Shown here: positions 1 to 7,719 of the stretch, in pieces | Numbering within the stretch: position 1 is the stretch's first letter | How the letters are laid out: each line of letters starts with the position of its first letter | Source of the DNA: Deltaproteobacteria bacterium | Lineage (GTDB): Bacteria > Desulfobacterota > Desulfobaccia > Desulfobaccales > 0-14-0-80-60-11 | Direction: 5' to 3' | Length of the DNA: 64,000 nt | NCBI GenBank assembly: GCA_016875015.1 | Contig: VGSJ01000003.1 | Location: forward strand, 11,935 to 75,934 | Notes under the pieces: model-generated | Told to the model about the DNA's origin: nothing | Databases searched by the model: none | What the model saw: the letters and a program-made list of their open reading frames with translations, nothing else | Made by a program: the position numbers and the translations under genes

Positions 1-151
1 AGGTATCCCGCTCCCCCAGGAGTTCCATGACGTTCGGTTGTTCCATATTCAAACTTAGAAAGTAATAAGACCAACGGGATTTGTCAAGAGATATGAGGGA
101 TTTTTGCATTAGGGGAAATACATCCGGCCCCCCGGTCGCCTGGCGGGTCGC

Positions 152-841
152 CTACCCCTGGCACCGGTGCCGGACGCTCTGCCCTTCCACCATATAGACC
201 ACTTGCTCGGCGATGTTGGTGGCGTGGTCTCCCACCCGCTCCAGGTTGCGCACGATGTTGATCTGGCTCTGGCCGGGCAGGATGGCCTCCGGGGCCCCGG
301 TCATTTCCTGGAGCAGGTCCTGGATAATGGCCCGGTCCAGGGCGTCCACGTCGTCGTCCGCCAGGCATACCTGCCGGGCCAGGTGGGAATTGCTCCGGGA
401 AAAGGCTTCCAGACTCTGGCGCACCATCTCCTGGACGGTTTGGGCCATGGACGCCAGGCTGGGATGAATGGGCCGGGGCGGCAGGCGCCTCAGGGTGAGC
501 ACCTCTTCGGCGATGTTGGTGGCGGAGTCGCCGATCCGCTCCAGCTCGGTAATGATATGGTCAATGGCCATGAGTTGGCGCAAATCCCCGGCCACCGGCT
601 GGAACAGGGCGATCAGGCGCACGCATTCCCGGTCAATGGACTCCTCCAGGCTGTTGATTGCCGCGTCCCCGTCCATCACCCGGCGGGCCAGGTCCCCGTC
701 CCGCGTCAGCACGGCCCTGACGCTTTGCTCTATGGCGGCGGCCGAAAGGTGCGCCAACTCCATCAGGTTGTCCTTTACCGTGGCCAGATCCCGGAAAAAT
801 TTAGCCTTGACCAGGGACTTTTCTGTCAGTTCCATTGCCAT
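152..841 (-). CDS. phoU: Phosphate-uptake regulator PhoU
   Basis: 229-aa ORF with two PhoU-type repeats carrying the conserved helices ELERIGDSATNIAE and NLERVGDHATNIAE. A gaggtga SD-like sequence lies upstream of the ATG. The overlapping + strand ORFs are Arg/Gly/Pro-rich mirror frames. Confidence 0.9.
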   Translation of the reverse strand: MAMELTEKSLVKAKFFRDLATVKDNLMELAHLSAAAIEQSVRAVLTRDGDLARRVMDGDAAINSLEESIDRECVRLIALFQPVAGDLRQLMAIDHIITELERIGDSATNIAEEVLTLRRLPPRPIHPSLASMAQTVQEMVRQSLEAFSRSNSHLARQVCLADDDVDALDRAIIQDLLQEMTGAPEAILPGQSQINIVRNLERVGDHATNIAEQVVYMVEGQSVRHRCQG

Positions 842-1093
842 GATCTCACCTCACGAACCCTTCCAGGGCCAAGGATTTCCCCAACCGTCGAACCTCTAAG
901 AACCCGCCGCCAAATCACCTTTATCTCAAGATTTTGACTGTTTACGGTCGCCGGACTTACTGGCGAATAATGCATCACCGTTGAATTATTTATCTAAATC
1001 ACACAAATCTCTTTACATACTATACTATTATGCTATTGTGTGTCTGCAAAAAATCTTTGGGGGGTTGGAGCTTCTGACCAGCGGGGGTGGGGG

Positions 1094-2647
1094 ATGATGG
1101 CTTGGCGCACACTTTTTATCCTGGGATGGACGGTTTTATGGCTTGCCCTCGGAACGCCGGCGAGCCTGGCGATTACGCCTTATGACGACGTGCTGGTGAA
1201 GCAGGCCGCTAAAAACCTGGAACAGGAGAATTACGACGAGGCGTTGGCGCAATTGACCGAGGCCTGGGGCAAAGGCGCGCATACCCCGGAAAAGGCTTTT
1301 CTGTTCGGGCAGGTTTACCGGCTTATGCTCAACTACCCCAAGGCCAAAGAATATTTGCAGGAAGCCTTGCGGCTGAAGCCGGATTTTCGTCCGGCCCAAT
1401 TGATGCTGGCCGACACGTTCCTGGCCATGGACCAGCCCAAAGAAGCCAGGCCGATCTTGCAGAATCTGCTGGCCGCCGGCTACGAACCGGGGCAGACCGC
1501 CTTTTTGATGGGCGTCGCGGCCACCAAAGAGGGCCAGTACAGCGAAGCCCTGGATTATTTCCGCCAGGCCGAGGCGGAGCCCAAGGTAGCCCAGGAGGCC
1601 AAGTTCCAGGCGAGCCTGGCCCTGGCCGCCCTCAACCGGGTCAAAGAAGCCAAAAAGGCCATGGAGGAGAGCATCGTGCTTAACCCCCAGAGCCAGACCG
1701 CGGATTTCGCCCAGCGCTACCTGGGGGTCCTGGCCCAGCGGGTGGACGAACTGCGTCCCTTCCGCATCACCGTCTCGTCAGGCTTCGATTACGACTCCAA
1801 CGTAACCGTCTCCCCCAGCGGGGGAGGCGCAGTCACCGCGGTTTCCGGAAAGGGCAGCGCCGTGTTTTCCCAGACCGCCCTGCTGGAATACACGGTTTTA
1901 CCGGCCGGTCCCTTCAGCGTTTTGACGCAATATTCCTATTTTCAGAATTTTCATCCCGCGGTGCAGGGTTACGACATCATGAGCCACTTCATGGGCATAA
2001 CCCCCACCTATAGCTTTAAGAATGGCCGCTTCTGGCTCCCCATGAATTTTACTTACATGGACTTGCAGTCAGACAAATATTACACCGGCTTCCTGGTGAC
2101 CCCCACCTATCTCCACCTGCTCACCGAAAACCTCGGCCTGGAAGTGGGGGCCAAGTATAATCGCCAATATTATTGGACCCCCGTGTTTCTTACCCAGGAT
2201 GACCGCAGCGGCAACGCCTGGGGGGGCAATGTCGGGCTGTACTACTTTTTCAAAAAGCAAAAGGGGTTTGTCCAGGCCCGCCTCGGCTATTTGCACAACA
2301 ACACCACCGGCAACAACTGGGATAGCTCCAGCTACAATCTGCTCCTGTCGCTCCTCTGGCCCATTACGGAAAAATTAAAATTTAATATGTTCCTGGACCT
2401 CACGCAGCAGCCGTTTGAAAACACCTTTTACAACGGTGCGACCGTCGGCAACGTTCTTGGGGCGCCCCTGATCCCCCAACCCAAACGGCGGGACCAGATT
2501 GCCATGTTTGGGGTGGCGGCCACCTATGAACTCTTCAAAGGCCTGGAAGCCAACGTCCATTGGTACTTTATCCGTGACAACTCCAACATTAATTTGTATA
2601 ATTATAGCCGTCACATCGCCGGCGGCCAGATCGCGTACCGGTACTAA
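1094..2647 (+). CDS. Outer-membrane protein: N-terminal TPR-like repeats + C-terminal beta-barrel (Slam/DUF560-, YaiO- or PgaA-like architecture)
   Basis: The ORF track gives 1040..2647. I prefer the ATG at 1094, which follows a purine-rich gggggtggggg and yields the signal peptide MMAWRTLFILGWTVLWLALGTPASLA. Residues ~40-230 read as TPR-like helix pairs (YDEALAQL.., NYPKAKEYLQEALRLKPDF..). Residues ~240-535 are G/Y/N/T-rich with alternating hydrophobicity and end in the aromatic ...IAYRY, as in OM barrels. Confidence 0.7.
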   Translation: MMAWRTLFILGWTVLWLALGTPASLAITPYDDVLVKQAAKNLEQENYDEALAQLTEAWGKGAHTPEKAFLFGQVYRLMLNYPKAKEYLQEALRLKPDFRPAQLMLADTFLAMDQPKEARPILQNLLAAGYEPGQTAFLMGVAATKEGQYSEALDYFRQAEAEPKVAQEAKFQASLALAALNRVKEAKKAMEESIVLNPQSQTADFAQRYLGVLAQRVDELRPFRITVSSGFDYDSNVTVSPSGGGAVTAVSGKGSAVFSQTALLEYTVLPAGPFSVLTQYSYFQNFHPAVQGYDIMSHFMGITPTYSFKNGRFWLPMNFTYMDLQSDKYYTGFLVTPTYLHLLTENLGLEVGAKYNRQYYWTPVFLTQDDRSGNAWGGNVGLYYFFKKQKGFVQARLGYLHNNTTGNNWDSSSYNLLLSLLWPITEKLKFNMFLDLTQQPFENTFYNGATVGNVLGAPLIPQPKRRDQIAMFGVAATYELFKGLEANVHWYFIRDNSNINLYNYSRHIAGGQIAYRY

Positions 2648-2734
2648 CGGGGGGCGCCTTGAGGAAAAGACTCGGAATTCGTAGCATCCGGTTGATCGGC
2701 CACAATCCCCCCACCGTTCTAAGGAGCCCGAATT

Positions 2735-4594
2735 ATGAGAAAGTTTGCCTTCCTGTGGACGATATGCATGATCCTGGCATTCCAGGTGGGGCCGCTTACC
2801 AACGCCCAGGCGAACGTCGTGGGCCGTCTGACCCAGGTGGAAGGTCGGGTCGACATTCTGAGAGGCGGGCAACTCCCGGCCACCCCGGTTAAGGTCGCTG
2901 ATGGGGTGGAGACGGGCGATGTGCTTCGGACCAAGTCTCTGTCCAAAGCCCAGATCACCTTTATAGATAATTCCACCCTGACGATCTCCCCGGAGAGCCG
3001 GGTGGCCATCGAAGCCTACATGTTCGACTCCGCCCAGAATAAGCGCAATGCGGTGATCCAACTCTTCTCTGGCCTGGCCCACGTGGTGGTCAGCAAGGTC
3101 TTCAAGTCGGCCGAGCCGGATTTTGTCGTCAAGACCCAGACCGCCATCATGGGGGTGCGGGGCACCGACTTCGGGGTTCGCCTCCAGCCCAACAGTTCGG
3201 AAATTTTAAATTTTGAGGGCGTCCTCCAGGTGGGCAACATCTTTCCGGAGGTGAGCCAATTGTTCCGGAAGGCCTTCAAGGTCGCCTACTCCTTTGGCTC
3301 CGGGGGCGAGGGCGGCAGGTGGGTGTTCTTGAAGGGTATGCAGGGCACCTCGGTGGGCCGGGGTCTGCCCCCCACCCTGCCCTTTACCCTCAGCCCGGAA
3401 GACCGGAAGGCTTTCATGCGCCAGATGGTCGCCGACCTCATCAGCCGCAAGGGCGGGGGCGACACCGTGGGGGGGGCCATCACGGACTATGCAGGGTCCA
3501 CCGGGCAGCAAGGGTCGGATACGCCTGGCGGACCCCTGGGTTCATTATTTGCCTCTTTCTTCCAGACGGCCTTTAGCAATTTCACGATCTATACGCCCCC
3601 GCCCGATCGGCCGCCGATTGGGACGCCTGCCTCGAACCCCAACAACCCTGTTATTCCGCCGACCTATAATTTTACCCTAGCCACCTATGGCGGATTTCTT
3701 CAGAGTGCCGCCCCCTTGCCGGTTTCGATAACCTCCGCCGGCTTCGGCGTCCTTCAGGGGGACTGGGGAGACGCTTTGCCGCGCCTGTATGCGGCTACCG
3801 ACTCCAGTTCTTTTACCCCCAGCATCGGCACGTTCCCGAACCGAAAACTCGGCGTTTACACCACGAACATAGTTGGGACCGTCAGCGGAGACTTGGGAAG
3901 CGTCTTGGCTGGCAGTGCGACCCTTAACAGTTCCTATACCTCACTTAGATACAAACTGTCGAACAGCGCCACCATTCAGGTGACCATCAACTCTTCCGGC
4001 CAGATAACCTATAGTTTCATTGGCGGGAGCTTTGACGGGGTTGTTAATTCCTCTGCCATCTCCGGCACCTCTTCGGGAAACGGCACGGCCGCCCCCTTAA
4101 AAAACCTAATCTCTGAAGCCTCAACTGTGGGCGCCGCAGAACCTATGATGTTTGCGGCCGAAAGCGCCACCGCCGCTCCCCTGGCAAATAACAACCAATT
4201 AGCGGCCACCACCGGCATCCCTGGGGTCGCGGGAACCGCAGAGGCGCACCGCCGCTCCGGCCTCCAGAGCGACTCATTCAGGCACAAAGCCTTGGGGGCC
4301 AAATTCGCGCCAGCGGGCGGCGTCACCTTGGAAACCCGGAAAAACCTGGCCACCCTCACCGGCAATAGGCCCATGACCGGCCATCTCCAGGGCGTGGGGC
4401 CAGGACCGACTATCACTAACTTTGCCCTGACCAGCCCCATCACTAAGTTCTCGTCGCCCCTCTCCCAAAATATTCCGGGAAAGGGGTCCAGAAAGGGGTC
4501 CATGTTGGGGGGGGCGGCCGGTAACCCGGGCAGCCGCCACGCCGGGACAGCGCAGGGGGGCACCCGCCCAAAGGGTACCCCACCGCAGCCTTAA
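2735..4594 (+). CDS. Secreted FecR-domain protein, paralog A (3' end probably frameshifted)
   Basis: SD taaggag lies upstream. Signal peptide MRKFAFLWTICMILAFQVGPLTNAQA. FecR-type domain (VVGRLTQVEGRVDILRGG...GDVLRTKSLSKAQITFIDNSTLTISPESRV...MGVRGTDFGV) followed by a long S/T/G/N-rich region. The tail conserved with paralog B lies in another frame up to 4734. Confidence 0.8.
   Translation: MRKFAFLWTICMILAFQVGPLTNAQANVVGRLTQVEGRVDILRGGQLPATPVKVADGVETGDVLRTKSLSKAQITFIDNSTLTISPESRVAIEAYMFDSAQNKRNAVIQLFSGLAHVVVSKVFKSAEPDFVVKTQTAIMGVRGTDFGVRLQPNSSEILNFEGVLQVGNIFPEVSQLFRKAFKVAYSFGSGGEGGRWVFLKGMQGTSVGRGLPPTLPFTLSPEDRKAFMRQMVADLISRKGGGDTVGGAITDYAGSTGQQGSDTPGGPLGSLFASFFQTAFSNFTIYTPPPDRPPIGTPASNPNNPVIPPTYNFTLATYGGFLQSAAPLPVSITSAGFGVLQGDWGDALPRLYAATDSSSFTPSIGTFPNRKLGVYTTNIVGTVSGDLGSVLAGSATLNSSYTSLRYKLSNSATIQVTINSSGQITYSFIGGSFDGVVNSSAISGTSSGNGTAAPLKNLISEASTVGAAEPMMFAAESATAAPLANNNQLAATTGIPGVAGTAEAHRRSGLQSDSFRHKALGAKFAPAGGVTLETRKNLATLTGNRPMTGHLQGVGPGPTITNFALTSPITKFSSPLSQNIPGKGSRKGSMLGGAAGNPGSRHAGTAQGGTRPKGTPPQP
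2816..3267 (+). repeat. Copy 1 of a ~452-nt near-identical segment shared by the two FecR-domain genes
   Basis: Collinear with 5099..5550 at a constant offset of 2283 nt. I counted about two dozen mismatches by eye (roughly 95% identity). Confidence 0.9.
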
Positions 4595-5017
4595 ACCCCC
4601 AGGTCTTATCCGGTACCGTGAACCACACTCCCGGCGGCCAGGCGAACCCGTGCCCCCAAAGGGTCAATCCGGCTATCCCCGTTGTGGTTCCGGCCACCCA
4701 GACCGGGACGGTGACGGTTACTTCCAAGCCGTGAGTTTAAGTGCCGGGCAGATAACCCGGTGAGGACTTCCCCAGGGGAAATTCGCCTTTCCCGGTACGA
4801 ATCGGCCTTGCGGACACTGGATCGCAGGGCCGATGTTGTTGACTTTAAGGCCGCCTCCGTCAGGTAGCGGTCGATCAGGTGAACCAGAGCGATCGGTCAA
4901 AAATCAAGCATTTTATTAACCTGCCGATGACGGTGCAAAAGGTCTTGAGTTCGCCGTAACTTCGGCTCGCTCCTTACTCAAACCCGACCCGCAGCCGGGT
5001 CGCCTGGGGAAAAAACT

Positions 5018-7663
5018 ATGAAGCAACGTCAAGTTCTGATGTCTGCATGGGTCGCCCTCGCTCTGATGCTGATATGCTCATCCCTTGCCGGCGCCGAGGT
5101 CGTGGGCCGTCTGACCCAGGTGGAAGGTCGGGTTGACCTTCTGAAAGGCGGGCAACTCCCGGCCACCCCGGTTAAGGTCGCTGATGGGGTGCAGACGGGC
5201 GATGTGCTCCGGACCAAGTCTCTGTCCAAAGCCCAGATCACCTTTATAGATAATTCCACCCTGACGATCTCCCCGGAGAGCCGGGTGGCCATCGAAGCCT
5301 ACATGTTCGACTCCGCCCAGAATAAGCGCAATGCGGTGATCCAACTCTTCTCTGGCCTGGCCCACGTGTTGGTCAACAAGGTCTTGAAGGCCGAGGAACC
5401 GGATTTTGTCGTCAAGACCCAAACCGCCATCATGGGGGTGAGGGGCACCGACTTCGGGGTTCGCCTCCAGCCTAACGGTTCGGAAATTTTGAATTTTGAA
5501 GGCCGCCTCCAGGTGGGCAACATCTTTCCGGAGGTGAGCCAACTGTTCCGCCGGGCTGCCAAGATCGCCTTTGCCTGGGGCGGGGGCGGCGGGCAGTGGG
5601 TAATCTTGAACAATATGCAGGGCACCACCGTGACCCGGGGTTTGCCCCCCACGTTGCCCTTTACCATCACCAGCGAAGACCGGCGGATGTTCATGAACCA
5701 GATGGCCACCGGCTTGCTGGGCCGGAAACAGGGCCAGGGCGCTGGCCTGGTCGCGTCCTCCGCCAGTTCCCCCTCCGGCGCTTCATCGATCCCGGCCATA
5801 GCCCCTGCGGGGCTGACCACCGGGGCCGGAGACCCCTCCGTGACCCTCCTGAACATCGTCACCGTGCCGCCCACGGTGCTCCAGATCGCCACGGGGGGCG
5901 GAGTCACGCCGACGCCGACCCCGACGCCGTCCACCTTCAGCTTTACCCAGCAGTATTCTGGCGCCTGGATGACCCTCGCCGCCGCCCCCTATAGTCAGTC
6001 AACCCTGCTCGGCTATAGTTGGGGTCAGCGCACCGGCGTCTATGACGGCTACTTTTATGCCACTACCGACGCCACCCGCACTTCGCCCTCGGGAGTGGCC
6101 GGCTTCTTTCCATCATTAGCCACGGGCACCTCGACGGGCACCGCCACGGGCACGGTCACCGGTTTCCTGGGACAGACCCTGACCGGCACCATGAACTATA
6201 CCGGGACCAGCTCCTCCAACAGCACCATTAACCGCACCGGCACCGTAACCATTCTCCCCTCTGGCGCACTGACCTATGTGTGGACCGACACCGCGACCGG
6301 AGCCGGCGGCACGGCCACCGGCTCCGGCACCTCTACCCAGACCCCGGGGACCTATTTCAGTCAGACCGCCACCGGCACTTCGACGGGCACCGCCAACCTG
6401 GCGGGCAACCAGTTCACCGTCACCAATTCTGTCGCTTCGACCGGCGCCCGCGTCGAGGCTGGGATAACCACCAGCTTCAAGGCCGGTTTCTCGAACACCT
6501 ATACCGCTCCCAACGCTGGCACCTTTCCGTCTTCCGGATCCGGCAGCTTCACCCTCTTTTCCGAGGGGGTGTTGGGGGCACCGGATACCGCCGGGGGGCG
6601 CACCGGGGTCATGACCCTCACCTCTCCCAACAGCACTGAGAAAATCGGCGGGCCGGTGCGCGATGTCCCCGCGACCTCATTGACTCCGGCGGCGACGTTC
6701 ACCACAATGATCGGCAGTGTCCCCTCCATCCCTGCCGCCACCTCCGTGGGCGTGTGGGCCCAGACCCCGGACCCCGCGGCCCATATTATTACCCAGACCC
6801 ACGAGGGCGGTTTTACGGTCACGTCCTCGCCTCCCAACACCACCGGCACTCTGGACGGCACTGGTTGGGGATACCGCAAGGAGCACATCGGCTCCGGCTC
6901 AGGTGCCTCCTCAGTTCTCTCCCCTACCGTCAATTCGCTGGCGGCGGCGCTAAACGTCACCAGCGGCGACACCCTCGGCTCCAACCCCGAACTCCTCAAC
7001 CAAACGGTGGCCGCGGTGGTCTTGCCGAGTGGGGGCATTCACAGCGGCCCGGCCCAAGGAGTAGGCATTGTCAGTGGCGACAGCGTCGTCTCCACCACCG
7101 GGACGGTCAACATCGACGTAAATAATAACCTGACCCATAACTTTAACGGCGCCTGGGTCTCCCCTGATAACCGGGGGACCTTGACCTCGGGGGTTCAAAC
7201 CACGGCTCCCGGCGCCCAATTTACCCAGACCACCAATCCCACCCCCCCCGGCTCGGTGATCCTCTCAGCCCCGTCAACTACCGCGCCTTTTACCCAAACC
7301 AGCACGTTCTCTGCGGAGATGACCCTGACCGGGGTGACCGGCCCCCTGACGCTCTCCGGCACCGTCATCACCAGCTTTACCAGCGTGTCCGGCGCCTTGC
7401 CCCCAGCCGGCACCGTGCCTGCCTTTATCAACATGGAGGGGGTGGTGACTCCGGGACAGACGATCCAAAGCGGCAACATGACCATGACCACGCATCAAGC
7501 CCTGGGGTCGCCGGTGTCCACCTATATGGGCCCGGTGAGCATCAATACCCTCAATAACACCCTGAATGCCAACGTGGTCGGGAGAAACCGAGCCAATCCC
7601 GGAGTGAACCGGGTGCCGGCCAGACAGACGGGCACCGTCGTCGCAACGCCGCTGGCCCCCTGA
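5018..7663 (+). CDS. Secreted FecR-domain protein, paralog B, with ~640-aa Thr/Gly/Ser-rich C-terminal region
   Basis: Signal peptide MKQRQVLMSAWVALALMLICSSLAGA. The FecR domain is almost identical to paralog A. The long low-complexity region contains TPTPTPTP and repeated TGTSTGTATGTVTG-type motifs. Confidence 0.85.
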   Translation: MKQRQVLMSAWVALALMLICSSLAGAEVVGRLTQVEGRVDLLKGGQLPATPVKVADGVQTGDVLRTKSLSKAQITFIDNSTLTISPESRVAIEAYMFDSAQNKRNAVIQLFSGLAHVLVNKVLKAEEPDFVVKTQTAIMGVRGTDFGVRLQPNGSEILNFEGRLQVGNIFPEVSQLFRRAAKIAFAWGGGGGQWVILNNMQGTTVTRGLPPTLPFTITSEDRRMFMNQMATGLLGRKQGQGAGLVASSASSPSGASSIPAIAPAGLTTGAGDPSVTLLNIVTVPPTVLQIATGGGVTPTPTPTPSTFSFTQQYSGAWMTLAAAPYSQSTLLGYSWGQRTGVYDGYFYATTDATRTSPSGVAGFFPSLATGTSTGTATGTVTGFLGQTLTGTMNYTGTSSSNSTINRTGTVTILPSGALTYVWTDTATGAGGTATGSGTSTQTPGTYFSQTATGTSTGTANLAGNQFTVTNSVASTGARVEAGITTSFKAGFSNTYTAPNAGTFPSSGSGSFTLFSEGVLGAPDTAGGRTGVMTLTSPNSTEKIGGPVRDVPATSLTPAATFTTMIGSVPSIPAATSVGVWAQTPDPAAHIITQTHEGGFTVTSSPPNTTGTLDGTGWGYRKEHIGSGSGASSVLSPTVNSLAAALNVTSGDTLGSNPELLNQTVAAVVLPSGGIHSGPAQGVGIVSGDSVVSTTGTVNIDVNNNLTHNFNGAWVSPDNRGTLTSGVQTTAPGAQFTQTTNPTPPGSVILSAPSTTAPFTQTSTFSAEMTLTGVTGPLTLSGTVITSFTSVSGALPPAGTVPAFINMEGVVTPGQTIQSGNMTMTTHQALGSPVSTYMGPVSINTLNNTLNANVVGRNRANPGVNRVPARQTGTVVATPLAP
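5099..5550 (+). repeat. Copy 2 of the ~452-nt near-identical FecR-domain segment
   Basis: See 2816..3267. Confidence 0.9.
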
Positions 7664-7719
7664 ATTATCGAGTTGCTCTGAGGGGCGGCCCATGACCTCA
7701 ATGCACCCAGGTTCTATCT

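Noticed and set aside
1-45. Possible start of a minus-strand gene running off the left edge (MEQPNVMELLGERDT...).
   Set aside because: Only 15 codons are visible and there is no clear SD. It cannot be identified or verified from this window.
167-937. Long antisense or overlapping ORFs inside GC-rich genes. Examples: 167..937 (+), 7714..8505 (-), 8929..9648 (-), 14260..15285 (-), 24471..25001 (+), 41093..41659 (+), 59451..60380 (-), 62277..62900 (+).
   Set aside because: They lie fully within genes that have clear family motifs on the other strand or frame. Their translations are Arg/Gly/Pro/His-rich, as expected for mirror frames of high-GC coding sequence. They lack SD sequences and recognisable domains.
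7242-7249. Other 8-nt G/C homopolymers (7242..7249 in FecR paralog B; 54036..54043 in the GspC-like gene) as phase-variation switches.
   Set aside because: Both are in frame within intact genes. Runs of this length are expected by chance at this GC content. I mention them only as a control for the frameshift finding in paralog A.
2735-7663. The FecR paralog pair as a diversity-generating retroelement target (template/variable repeat).
   Set aside because: The window has no reverse transcriptase, and the nearby group II intron is ORF-less. The mismatches between the two 452-nt copies involve all base types rather than adenine-specific substitutions. The repeat covers the N-terminal domain, not a C-terminal variable region.
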